Below, piece after piece: positions 50,518 through 59,785 of a DNA stretch of 64,000 bases. Source of the DNA: Nitrosopumilus sp. GTDB taxonomy: Archaea; Thermoproteota; Nitrososphaeria; Nitrososphaerales; Nitrosopumilaceae. A model generated the notes under the pieces. The model was given only the letters and a program-made list of their open reading frames with translations, made no database searches and was not told where the DNA came from. The DNA lies in NCBI GenBank assembly GCA_965204345.1, contig OZ241981.1:1312001-1376000 (forward strand). The letters are read 5' to 3'. Positions within the stretch are counted from its first letter, which is position 1; the number at the start of each line of letters is the position of its first letter. A program made the translations under genes and the position numbers.

Positions 50518-51420
50518 AAAGGGCTCGGAGGGCTTTGAACCTTATGACTGACGGGCTCATACATCAAATATTGCGTGATTTATTCAAACTGTCTTTCTGT
50601 TTGTCTGAATGGAAGATGCCAGCAGGTACAAATGACAATATTCCAATACAGATAGGTCATTTTGCAGAAAAAAATCTGGACAACTCTGGCAAACACGAAT
50701 AACCTATTATTCATAACAAAAAAGAGGAAAAACATTACCACTTAAAAAACAGAATTACTTTTCAAGTTCGTCTTGGATTTTATCCACTAATTCTTTCTCA
50801 CTCATCACCGTTTTCTCTGAATTTGATTTAGTTGCTTTGTTATCTTTTATCTTGTAGGAGCCATCAATTACACCAGAGATGTAATAGTCATTACCATACA
50901 TGGTGTCGGGTTCAAGATTGAGCATTAGTAGAACCTGATCTCCTATGTCAAATTCAGGATGTCCGGTATAATGTACCAAGTTATTATAAGTGCCTCCCAA
51001 TGCTTTGACTGCTACATACTCTGCCTTTTCAGATTTTTCATCTTTTAGAAATTGAGATGGACTGATTTCATAACTGGTCATCACATTTGGCGTATTTTCA
51101 ACAAGTTGCAGCGCAGCACTTTTTGATATTATCTCTCCCTTCAAAATCACATCTGAGAGTTCTGTTAATTCTTCAATACTGTATGGCTGAAATGTGGTAT
51201 GTGTTTCAATAGTCATTGGAATTATTCCTGCTGCAAACAATAATGGAATGGTTGCAATGACGCTTGGAATGATAATTTTTTTTGTTATTCATCTCTAATA
51301 CATCCTTCTGTTTTATGGATTCTCTATCTGCTTGATGACGGTTTCAGGCTTTGATATCAACGTATCATTTTATCCTAATTCATGTAATGAACCAGATAGA
51401 TAAAAGGGCTCGGAGGGCTT
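50518..51420. mobile_element. Mini-island bounded by an 18-bp duplication of the tRNA-Arg 3' end
   Basis: AAAGGGCTCGGAGGGCTT at 50518-35 and 51403-20 (tRNA 3' end), same orientation, downstream of the tRNA. Confidence 0.75.
50755..51292 (-). pseudogene. Secreted/surface hypothetical protein, frameshifted in an A8 tract of the signal-peptide region
   Basis: ATG 51292 is out of frame with the 161-aa ORF; removing one A from the A8 run (T8 at 51276-83) gives MNNKKIIIPSVIATIPLLFAAG... Confidence 0.65.
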
Positions 51421-51479
51421 CGATCCCTCGACCTAGCGGTTCGAAGCCGCTCGCACTATCCAGACTGTGCAACGAGTCC
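51405..51479 (-). tRNA. tRNA-Arg(TCG)
   Basis: GGACTCGTTGCACAGTCTGGATAGTGCGAGCGGCTTCGAACCGCTAGGTCGAGGGATCGAAGCCCTCCGAGCCCT; anticodon loop CT-TCG-AA. Confidence 0.92.
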
Positions 51480-51523
51480 AAACAAGTAAGATTTTAACGG
51501 GTGTAAATATCTGTCTAGATACT

Positions 51524-52699
51524 TTGAAGGTATCAAAAAAAGTGATCGGAGTCGAATATGCCATTAGAGACATTGTCCTGGCTGCTAGAAATGTCGAACA
51601 AAAAGGAATGCAAGTTGATTATCTTAACATTGGAGACCCTGTCCAATTTGGATTCCAACCTCCAGATAACGTAAAACAAGCTTTTATAGACGCAATTAAT
51701 CGAGGCGACAATTTCTATTCTACCTCTGAGGGTCTTCTAGAATTAAGACAGGAAATTGCCAAAAAAGAAAACTCCAAAGGACTCTCGATTTCTGCTGATG
51801 ATATTCTAATTACAAATGGAGTCTCTGAGGGGCTTGACATGGTTATTTCCTCAATTGTCGAAGAAGGTGACGAGGTATTGCTTCCAGGACCGTATTATCC
51901 GCCGTATGCCTCCTATGTCAGATTACACGGCGGGGTTCCTGTAGAGTTTGCAGTAGACTTGGATAATTCCACTCCGAATATTGATGATATCAAATCCAAA
52001 ATCACCTCAAAAACTGTTGCCATCTGCTTGATCAGTCCAAACAATCCTACGGGTGTCGTGTTTAATGAGCAGGCACTCAAAGAATTAGTTGATATTGCAA
52101 ATCAGCACAATCTCTACATTATCTGTGATGAGATTTATGATCAGATAGTATTTGATGAAAAATTTGTCGGAATTGGCAAAGTTGCCGGAGATTCCCCGGT
52201 AATAATTCTAAACGGATTCTCCAAAGTACATCTGATGTCCGGATGGAGAATTGGATACATTGCATTTAACCGGTCCCCCCAACTAAACGAACTGCGAGAA
52301 CATCTTCCGAAATTGGCAAGAGTCCGAATTGCTACCAGTCTTCCTGTTCAGTACGCTGCTTTAGAATCATTACGTGGGTCTCAAAATTATATTGATGATT
52401 TTGTTTCAGAAATGAAAAAACACAGAGACTTTGTTGTTAAACGACTAAATGAAATGCCCGGACTGTCATGTTCCAATCCAAAAGGCTCATTTTATGCATT
52501 TCCAAAAATTGAGGATAACCGATTTGAAACTGATAAAGAGTTTGTGACAAAGCTGTTAGAACAAAAAGGCGTGCTAACTGTCCATGGCTCTGGATTTGGG
52601 GAGCGATATGGAGGAGGTCATTTCAGACTGGTTTATCTTCCTGATCTCAAAACATTGGATTCTGCAATGAATAAGATCGAATCATTTGTTACTCAATAA
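51524..52699 (+). CDS. PLP-dependent aminotransferase class I/II (AlaA-like)
   Basis: YAIRD, LNIGDP, SPNNPTG, DEIYD, NGFSKVHLMSGWRIG; start moved to TTG 51524. Confidence 0.93.
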   Translation: MKVSKKVIGVEYAIRDIVLAARNVEQKGMQVDYLNIGDPVQFGFQPPDNVKQAFIDAINRGDNFYSTSEGLLELRQEIAKKENSKGLSISADDILITNGVSEGLDMVISSIVEEGDEVLLPGPYYPPYASYVRLHGGVPVEFAVDLDNSTPNIDDIKSKITSKTVAICLISPNNPTGVVFNEQALKELVDIANQHNLYIICDEIYDQIVFDEKFVGIGKVAGDSPVIILNGFSKVHLMSGWRIGYIAFNRSPQLNELREHLPKLARVRIATSLPVQYAALESLRGSQNYIDDFVSEMKKHRDFVVKRLNEMPGLSCSNPKGSFYAFPKIEDNRFETDKEFVTKLLEQKGVLTVHGSGFGERYGGGHFRLVYLPDLKTLDSAMNKIESFVTQ

Positions 52700-53094
52700 T
52701 CCCAAATAGTAAATTTTTCAGGAATAACTTCTATGATACAATCAGTGTCATCTAGTAATTCCCTTGCGGATTTATTCTCTAATGTCTGAAAATATCGCAA
52801 AAGAATTTTTTTTGCAATTACCTTGACTCTGGTTTTTTCCAAAATGAGACTTGCATTACCTTGTATTAGCACACCGTAAATGTCTGGTGCATTGACTCCC
52901 ACGTCTACACAGCAAGAAACCTTGCTGTTCTTTTTTACATTTCTTACCTTTACAGTTCTGGTATTACTTCCAACATAGAACTTCTTTCCGCTATACCTAT
53001 ACCAAACAGGCACAATGTGCGGAATATCGTTTTCACCTATTGTTGCCAACCGTAAAATCTTCTGTTCCTTTAAAAATTCATCCTTTTTGCCCAT
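52693..53094 (-). CDS. Pyridoxamine 5'-phosphate oxidase family (PPOX, probably F420-binding)
   Basis: LRLATIGENDIPHIVPVWY, KVRNV..NSKV, GVLIQG. Confidence 0.85.
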   Translation of the reverse strand: MGKKDEFLKEQKILRLATIGENDIPHIVPVWYRYSGKKFYVGSNTRTVKVRNVKKNSKVSCCVDVGVNAPDIYGVLIQGNASLILEKTRVKVIAKKILLRYFQTLENKSARELLDDTDCIIEVIPEKFTIWDY

Positions 53095-53311
53095 GTTTTC
53101 CAAATCCCAGTGCTATCATAAAAGTCCCAAAGCATATCATTGCAACTGAGACTTTTTCATTTGTAAATTCCCCGTTAAACAAAAAATCTCCTACAAAATC
53201 TATTCCCCATATGAGTAACTGCTGAATGAGAACAATTCCCCCCATTACGCAAAAAAGTATGCCAATAGCTGTAAACCAATTTTTACCTCGTCTATAATAC
53301 TCGTGACTCAT
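53078..53311 (-). CDS. Small two-helix membrane protein
   Basis: 77-aa ORF with two hydrophobic segments, co-oriented between npdG and the PPOX gene. Confidence 0.7.
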   Translation of the reverse strand: MSHEYYRRGKNWFTAIGILFCVMGGIVLIQQLLIWGIDFVGDFLFNGEFTNEKVSVAMICFGTFMIALGFGKHGQKG

Positions 53312-53329
53312 GATAATTGATAAAGTAAA

Positions 53330-54001
53330 CTAGATAATTTTGATGCCTGGATTCTTTATCTTATTTCTGATCATTGCATTTAGGAGTAACGGCGTGGACA
53401 TTTCTGCAAGATATGATAATTCAATTGGTCCCAGGTATATTGATCTTAGTCCTTTAATCTCGTCAATCAAGTCATTAACAACTCTTACTGATTCCTTATC
53501 ATCTCCACAAACAAAGATGTCATAGTCTAGTTCGAGTGTGGGATTGACTAATTTTTTTTCAGAAATTACATGGAATGCCGAGACAAGCTTTGATTTATCC
53601 TTCATGTGATCTGAGACAAGTTTGTATGAAAATGGCTTGTCTTCCTTGATTGAAATACATTCAAACCCGACGTCAGTCTTTGTCATTGGAACAATTGGGG
53701 AGACAACAACACAGTCATCTCTTACTTTTGGTAATATGCCAGAACATACAGAATCGATATTTTCATATGGAATTGATAAAATCAAAACATCACTTTCTTT
53801 TGCAACTGAAACATTGTCGTTTCCTGTAATTGATCCCTTGATCTCCCCAAATGCCTCTTTTGCAAGATTAGCATATTCCATTGCTGATTCAGATGCCCTT
53901 GCAGCATCTCTTGAGCCAATAACGACATCATTATTTTGTGACCACCTTAGTGCAAATCCTTTGCCCATCCCACCGGTTCCGCCGATAATTCCAACTTTCA
54001 T
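53330..54001 (-). CDS. npdG: NADPH-dependent F420 reductase
   Basis: MKVGIIGGTGGMGKG, IGSR, VSAFH, VCGDD. Confidence 0.92.
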   Translation of the reverse strand: MKVGIIGGTGGMGKGFALRWSQNNDVVIGSRDAARASESAMEYANLAKEAFGEIKGSITGNDNVSVAKESDVLILSIPYENIDSVCSGILPKVRDDCVVVSPIVPMTKTDVGFECISIKEDKPFSYKLVSDHMKDKSKLVSAFHVISEKKLVNPTLELDYDIFVCGDDKESVRVVNDLIDEIKGLRSIYLGPIELSYLAEMSTPLLLNAMIRNKIKNPGIKII

Positions 54002-54051
54002 GATATCTATCTGATAATGTTATTATTATCTCTATTTGAAGACCGATCAAA

Positions 54052-54675
54052 TTGGGCCAAATAATCTTTCTTAGACATGGACAGGCAAAAAACAACACTG
54101 AGAGAATATTAACTGGACGTACAGAAGGAGTTCCATTAACTGAGACTGGAATTAAGCAGGCAGAACATACTGCTGAACTACTTGAACACATGAACATCTC
54201 TGCAATTTATTCTAGTCCGATCCAACGGGCAAAACATACAGCAGAAATTGTGGGAAAGCACAATTCAGTTGATGTTCTCACCGATGAGAGATTAATTGAA
54301 CTTGATATGGGAAAATTTACCGGAATGCCATATGATGAGATCTTTAACAGCCATGGCAACGTCTTTATGAAATTCTATAATGGCGAACTGGAAATTGCCC
54401 ACAATGGTGTAGAAACATTTGATCAAGTCAAAAAACGAGTCTTGCAGATAGTTGATCACGTGGTCGAAAACCATCCTGATGAAAACGTCGTTTTGGTCAC
54501 TCACATGGATCCAATCAAGGCTATGCTCTCAACAATTGTTAATTTATCTCCCAGTGATCTTTTTGAACTGGTTATCGCAAATGCCTCCCTTAACATATTT
54601 AGAGAAAAAGAACAGAAATTCACTCTCTCGGGACTTAATGTAATGCATACATCACGTTTCGATCAGAATTGGTAA
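54052..54675 (+). CDS. Histidine phosphatase / phosphoglycerate mutase family
   Basis: LRHG, YSSP..RA..TA, LIELDMG, VTH. Confidence 0.92.
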   Translation: MGQIIFLRHGQAKNNTERILTGRTEGVPLTETGIKQAEHTAELLEHMNISAIYSSPIQRAKHTAEIVGKHNSVDVLTDERLIELDMGKFTGMPYDEIFNSHGNVFMKFYNGELEIAHNGVETFDQVKKRVLQIVDHVVENHPDENVVLVTHMDPIKAMLSTIVNLSPSDLFELVIANASLNIFREKEQKFTLSGLNVMHTSRFDQNW

Positions 54676-54686
54676 TTAATAATCTT

Positions 54687-54701
54687 GAAAACCCTTAAAT
54701 A
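54687..54701 (+). promoter_or_regulatory. BRE/TATA promoter of the oxidase operon
   Basis: GAAAACCCTTAAATA about 30 nt before the ATG at 54732. Confidence 0.55.
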
Positions 54702-54731
54702 GAAATTACAGACCACGTCATTCAATCGCTA

Positions 54732-54992
54732 ATGATAAAGTTGGTTGGATTATTCTTGGTATTGGCAGTTTTAGTCATAGTTCCATCCGTAGATCTAGCT
54801 TTGGCAGCAGGAGACGAACCTGGAGAATATCTTGACCGCAGAGTGGTTATTTGGAATTTATTTTATAGAATGATGACTGTTGCTTTTACCGTAGGTGCAG
54901 TAGTATCTGGGACTATTATCTGGCAAGTTTGGAGATTTAGGGAATCTCATCCAAAGGCAAAACCCACTCCTTATGAGGGCACAGACTGGTAG
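54732..54992 (+). CDS. Small membrane protein equivalent to the leader/TM1 of heme-copper oxidase subunit II
   Basis: Signal peptide plus a helix ending WRFRESHP; stops 2 nt before coxB. Confidence 0.7.
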   Translation: MIKLVGLFLVLAVLVIVPSVDLALAAGDEPGEYLDRRVVIWNLFYRMMTVAFTVGAVVSGTIIWQVWRFRESHPKAKPTPYEGTDW

Positions 54993-54994
54993 AA

Positions 54995-55426
54995 ATGGGC
55001 GGACACTCTAACTGGCCTGAATGGGTTTACATTGGCGTGGTAATTGCATTGATGACTTGGGTTGGTGCAGAAGCATGGGAGGCAGAAAGAATCATAGAAC
55101 ACATCCCTGAGGATGCCGAAACGATTATCGTAACTGGGCAGCAGTGGTTCTGGTCCTTTGAACATGAAGACGGAACAACAGAGATCGGAGAATTACATGT
55201 TGAAGTTGGAAAGGCTTACAAATTTGAAATTCATTCCAAGGACGTTAACCATTCTTTTAATATTCACGATTACGTGGTTTTGATGGATGCAATTCCTGGC
55301 AGAGTCAACACTGTTTGGTTTGCTCCAGACGCCCCGGGCGTACATGACATTCAGTGTAGAGAGTATTGCGGCTTGATTCACTATAATATGCGTGGAACTC
55401 TTTATGTGGAGGAACCATCATCTTGA
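54995..55426 (+). CDS. coxB: Heme-copper oxidase subunit II (CuA domain)
   Basis: GQQWFWSF, DVNHSF, DAIPG, CREYCGLIHYNM. Confidence 0.95.
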   Translation: MGGHSNWPEWVYIGVVIALMTWVGAEAWEAERIIEHIPEDAETIIVTGQQWFWSFEHEDGTTEIGELHVEVGKAYKFEIHSKDVNHSFNIHDYVVLMDAIPGRVNTVWFAPDAPGVHDIQCREYCGLIHYNMRGTLYVEEPSS

Positions 55427-55475
55427 CAACGCTTTTATCACAACTTTCAATTCTTTACAACGAGGATGCTAACTA

Positions 55476-57002
55476 ATGACCCTTGAACTGCAAAAACCAC
55501 GTCCAATTTGGCAGATTATGTTCTCAACACATCATACTGATGTTGGTTTGCTCTACCTGATTTCATCGCTTGCATTCCTGTTCTTAGGAGGTGCACTTGC
55601 TCTTGCAATTAGGGCAGAGCTGTTCTTGCCTGGAGCCCAAATCATTGGAGACGCAATGACATTTAACAGAATTTTCACCGTTCATGGCACAACGTTGATT
55701 TTCTTATTCATCATTCCCTTTGCATCTGCAGTCGGCAATTACTATGTTCCAATCATGGTCAGATACAAAGACATGGCATATCCAAAACTTAATGCAATTG
55801 CATTTTGGATGATTCCTCCATCAGGTGCTCTTATTTGGTTAGGCTTTGCTGACTTTACTTGGTATGCAACACCTCCCTATTCCATTATCAGTGCCCCCGG
55901 GCCCGCTGCCGATATGTGGATCTTTGGATTGAAGATTTTAGGCATATCCTCCGTCCTTGGCGCGATTAACTTTGTAGTTACCATTCTCAAATGCAAGCAT
56001 CCGGACATGTCCATTGGACAAGTTCCGCTTTTAGCTTGGTCATTTTTATCATCCTCTCTGATTATCCTAGTTGCAATTCCTACATTTGCAGCCGCACTTT
56101 TGATGCTGCTTACTGACAGACTTGGCGTAAGTGGGTTCTTTAATCCTGCCATGGGCGGTGATCCAATCGCATATGCCCACCTGTTCTGGTTTACATTCCA
56201 TCCCGAAGTCTACGTATTGGTTATTCCGGCCATTGGCATGATGTATGAGATTATTCCAAGGTTCTCCAGAAAACCCATCTACAGCTATGGTTCTGGCGTA
56301 TTTGCGTTTGTTCTGCTATCCATTGTAGGTTTCTCATCATGGGCACATCACATGTATGCAACCGGCATGTCATTTACCGAAAAAACCGTATTTATGGTTG
56401 GAACTCTTGCAGCGGTTCCGGCATCTGCAATGCACGTTTTCAACTTTATTGCAACCATGTGGAACGGCAGAATTAGATTCTCAACTCCAATGATGTGGGC
56501 AGTTGGCGGCATTGCATTATTCTTCTCTGCTGGTGCAGGCGGTGTTGTTAACAGTGCTATGCCACTGGACTTTACAACCCATGATACATACTGGGTGGTT
56601 GGCCACTTCCACCTCTTTGTAATGGGAACAATCGCATTTGGCTCTATTGGCTATCTTTACTACATGTTCCCATACGTTACTGGCAGAATGTATAATGAAA
56701 CAATGGGCAAAATTCACTTTATCATGTCTTTTGTTGGCACGGTTCTAGTATTCTTTACACAGCATGTACTTGGTCTGTATGGCATGCCAAGAAGAATCTT
56801 TGATTATCCTCCAATCCCAGAATGGATTGCTATGAACCAAATTGCAAGTGTAGGCGCAATGGTTATTGGTATTAGTATGGCAATATTCTTAGCAAACATG
56901 ATTCACAGTTCAGCAAAAGGCAAGCTTGCAAACACTGATGATCCATTTGGACTGGGTGGCAAATACTATTATCCGTTTGAGGCAAAGAACCCATCACATT
57001 AG
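55476..57002 (+). CDS. coxA: Heme-copper oxidase subunit I (A1 type)
   Basis: TVHG, FWFTFHPEVY, WAHHM, VGHFH, GMPRR. Confidence 0.97.
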   Translation: MTLELQKPRPIWQIMFSTHHTDVGLLYLISSLAFLFLGGALALAIRAELFLPGAQIIGDAMTFNRIFTVHGTTLIFLFIIPFASAVGNYYVPIMVRYKDMAYPKLNAIAFWMIPPSGALIWLGFADFTWYATPPYSIISAPGPAADMWIFGLKILGISSVLGAINFVVTILKCKHPDMSIGQVPLLAWSFLSSSLIILVAIPTFAAALLMLLTDRLGVSGFFNPAMGGDPIAYAHLFWFTFHPEVYVLVIPAIGMMYEIIPRFSRKPIYSYGSGVFAFVLLSIVGFSSWAHHMYATGMSFTEKTVFMVGTLAAVPASAMHVFNFIATMWNGRIRFSTPMMWAVGGIALFFSAGAGGVVNSAMPLDFTTHDTYWVVGHFHLFVMGTIAFGSIGYLYYMFPYVTGRMYNETMGKIHFIMSFVGTVLVFFTQHVLGLYGMPRRIFDYPPIPEWIAMNQIASVGAMVIGISMAIFLANMIHSSAKGKLANTDDPFGLGGKYYYPFEAKNPSH

Positions 57003-57014
57003 GAGATATATGAA

Positions 57015-57977
57015 ATGAGTCACGAGAATAATTCCCAATTTTACAGAACAACTCCGGCAAGAACTGGAAAGATGATGGCAATTATGTTAGGCATCTGCAT
57101 TGTTGGCGGGGCAATCTTCTTTTCACTGTGGGACTATTGGATATCAGAGCCTGCACCGGTTGTGGCAATGATGGCAGGTGATTCAGTTCCCACCGATGTA
57201 GGAGTACATACCGGAGATACAATTACCAAGGATCTTCACTTTATTGAGTCGTCTGACTTTAGGACCTTGGCATTTAATGCATTGCCTGGAGAGCCTGACA
57301 ACAACCCGACAATTACTATGGATGTTGGGGACAAAGTAATCTTTAATGTAGATAATGCAGGCAATTCATTCCACTCTTTTGGTGTTACTGCTAATTCTGA
57401 AGGTGTTGGAGGAATTATCCCTGGAAGTGAAGTTGGACTGCCAACAAAGCCATTAACGCATGGCGAAAGCGGTTCTTCTGAGTTTATTGCTGGCGAGGAG
57501 GGAATTTATTATTATATCTGTACGGTTGCAGGTCACAGAGAACAAGGAATGGTTGGCACAATCATCGTAGGTGATGCCACAGTTGAGGAAGCTGTAGAAC
57601 CTGAAATTCCTGAGGAGGTTATGGAGCCTGAAATTCCTGAGAAATCTATGGAACCCGTACCTGATGTGCCTGTAGAATTGGATGGAGTCATATCCATCCC
57701 AGCTGGCTCTGCAATTCCCGGATGTGATGAGACCAATGAATGCTATATCCCATACCACGCTTTAGTTTCTGCAGGTGATGAGATTACCTGGTCAAATGAT
57801 GATTCGGCAGCCCACACTGTTACAAGTGGAACACCTACGGACGGTCATGATGGTAAATTCGATAGCAGCCTGTTTACTGCTGGAAGTACATATTCTATAA
57901 CTCTTGATGAACCCGGCGTATATCCCTACTATTGCATAGTTCATCCTTGGATGCTAGGTAATATTACCGTAAACTAG
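57015..57977 (+). CDS. Membrane-anchored two-domain blue-copper (cupredoxin) protein
   Basis: N-terminal TM; HSF...CTVAGHREQGM and HTV...CIVHPWM type-1 Cu sites; Glu/Pro linker. Confidence 0.92.
   Translation: MSHENNSQFYRTTPARTGKMMAIMLGICIVGGAIFFSLWDYWISEPAPVVAMMAGDSVPTDVGVHTGDTITKDLHFIESSDFRTLAFNALPGEPDNNPTITMDVGDKVIFNVDNAGNSFHSFGVTANSEGVGGIIPGSEVGLPTKPLTHGESGSSEFIAGEEGIYYYICTVAGHREQGMVGTIIVGDATVEEAVEPEIPEEVMEPEIPEKSMEPVPDVPVELDGVISIPAGSAIPGCDETNECYIPYHALVSAGDEITWSNDDSAAHTVTSGTPTDGHDGKFDSSLFTAGSTYSITLDEPGVYPYYCIVHPWMLGNITVN
57597..57656. repeat. Imperfect 27-bp tandem repeat (EPEIPExxM) in the cupredoxin linker
   Basis: GAACCTGAAATTCCTGAGGAGGTTATG / GAGCCTGAAATTCCTGAGAAATCTATG / GAACCC. 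Confidence 0.85.
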
Positions 57978-57989
57978 ATTCGAAAAGTA

Positions 57990-58439
57990 TTGGCTCTACA
58001 ATACCTTGCATTAACAACAATGATTGTCTTGTATTCTCTAATGTTTATTGGAGGATATATTTCAGCAGCCGGTCTTGGCCTTACCTGTCCTGAATGGCCG
58101 CTATGCCCAAATGGAGTGATGCCTTCTGAAGAATATCTTATCGAATGGATTCACAGAACGGTTGCAGCAACTACCGGAGCATTGATAATTGCAACAATGA
58201 TTGCAAGTTTTCTTAACAAGAATGCAGATTTGAAACTAAAGATTACGAGTTTGCTTGCAACTGTGTTGGTAATTACCCAAATTACCCTTGGTGCCTTGGT
58301 AATTGACACAAAACTTCATGCAGTACTAGTTGCAATCCATCTTGGTATTGGAATTTGGCTATTTGCTATGGTTTTACTAACCACACTGTTTGCATTTAGA
58401 ATATCAAAGGTTTCTGTATCACCACCGCCTAATGCCTAA
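57990..58439 (+). CDS. ctaA: Compact (half-size) heme A synthase, COX15/CtaA family
   Basis: GLTCPEWPLC, EWIHR, QITLG, AIHLG; four TM helices. Confidence 0.88.
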   Translation: MALQYLALTTMIVLYSLMFIGGYISAAGLGLTCPEWPLCPNGVMPSEEYLIEWIHRTVAATTGALIIATMIASFLNKNADLKLKITSLLATVLVITQITLGALVIDTKLHAVLVAIHLGIGIWLFAMVLLTTLFAFRISKVSVSPPPNA

Positions 58440-58968
58440 ATTTTTTCAATATTTTTGGCAAGTAAATGTAGATCATAATACCTGCAAACACAAAAGCTCC
58501 TGTGGTGATGGCCCCTATGAAAATTATCCCAAATGGACTCTGTGTTCCCATGTTAAATGTATAAGTTAGGATTTCATCAGTGCCATCCATATCATACAAA
58601 TCAATTTTAACAATATGGTTTCCTATGTTTTTCCATGTGTAATCAAAGTCCCAATGTGCCCCTTTTACAAATGTTGGGGGAATTGCGTCTATCTGCTGGC
58701 CGTTATAGTTTATTCTGATTCCCATTGTAAACTCTTCAACATCCTCATAGTCAAATCCTTTGGTTACCTTTATCAAAAATTGAGATGGCTCATCAATCTG
58801 TGGAAATTCCGGTGCTGTGGCTACCTGAACCCTATACCCCCCGTAGGACTCTTCAGCAGAATTAAACATTGAATGGGCGTATGCTGAGCCAGGGCCTGAA
58901 TAAGACGAAACAACCAAAATCCAGATCAAAAAAACTGATCGCTTTTTATTCATCAAACTAGGATACAA
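58429..58968 (-). CDS. Exported hypothetical protein with C-terminal membrane anchor
   Basis: Signal peptide ending AYA-H, beta-rich domain, C-terminal TM plus a basic tail. Confidence 0.7.
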   Translation of the reverse strand: MYPSLMNKKRSVFLIWILVVSSYSGPGSAYAHSMFNSAEESYGGYRVQVATAPEFPQIDEPSQFLIKVTKGFDYEDVEEFTMGIRINYNGQQIDAIPPTFVKGAHWDFDYTWKNIGNHIVKIDLYDMDGTDEILTYTFNMGTQSPFGIIFIGAITTGAFVFAGIMIYIYLPKILKKFRH

Positions 58969-59049
58969 ATTTGATAAATATATTGTAAGTTAATTTCTTT
59001 GTAAAAATCTTCAAAACCTTTAAATCCTTATTGCCAAGAAACCCAATCG

Positions 59050-59652
59050 TTGACTCTCGTTACAAAATCAATCGATATTAAGACACCTGTAGAGAACGTT
59101 TTTACCTATTTTGCAAGACCAGAGCATGTCTCTGATCAAATCAAAAATGACACAGTAGGCATGACTGTGGTTCCTATGGATATTAAGGAAGGCATGGGTG
59201 TTGGTACAACCTTTAGGATTATCGGTGACTTTAGCGGCAAGCGCTTAGAGTGGGACTGTGAGACGACTGAGTTTATCAGAAATGAGCGAATCACTGCCAA
59301 ACAGATTGAAGGTCCGTTTAAGAACTGGCAAATCACTAACGAATTCAAGGCATTAGGCAATAATCTCACTAGGGTAACCATGTCTGTAGATTATGATATG
59401 CCATTTGGTCCCTTGGGGGCAATTTTGGACAAAGCAAAGTTTGCAAAGTCCGCTGAGAAGGGAATGGAGACTGCCCTGTATAACGTTAGAGGATTGCTTG
59501 AAGGAAATGGCTCAATTCCGGTGTACATAACACTGGATGCATATCAAAAACTTTTGGCAGAAAAGAAAAAAATGAATGACGTTCCAGTCTCAACTGCACT
59601 TACGGCAATTATCGAAAAGTACAACGAAATTGAAGCCAAAGTAGAAAACTAA
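59050..59652 (+). CDS. SRPBCC/START (polyketide cyclase-like) protein
   Basis: SIDIKTPVENVFTY, GVGTTF, EGPFKNW, YDMPFGPLG. Confidence 0.88.
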   Translation: MTLVTKSIDIKTPVENVFTYFARPEHVSDQIKNDTVGMTVVPMDIKEGMGVGTTFRIIGDFSGKRLEWDCETTEFIRNERITAKQIEGPFKNWQITNEFKALGNNLTRVTMSVDYDMPFGPLGAILDKAKFAKSAEKGMETALYNVRGLLEGNGSIPVYITLDAYQKLLAEKKKMNDVPVSTALTAIIEKYNEIEAKVEN

Positions 59653-59711
59653 ATCTCCTTTTATTTTAAAATCTCAAGATTAATAACAACTCTAGGCTTT
59701 TTCTTTTTGGT

Positions 59712-59785
59712 GGGTCTATGGCGCAGCCAGGTAGCGCACCGGACTCTTAATCCGGTTGTCAAGGGTCCGAATCCCTTTAGACCCG
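59712..59785 (+). tRNA. tRNA-Lys(CTT)
   Basis: GGGTCTA...TAGACCC-G acceptor stem; CCGGA-CTCTTAA-TCCGG anticodon arm. Confidence 0.95.

Noticed and set aside
50478-50567. Second tRNA gene, or N-terminal extension of ORF 49986..50567
   Set aside because: Only the 3' acceptor/T-arm portion matches tRNA-Arg and no cloverleaf forms; interpreted as an att scar
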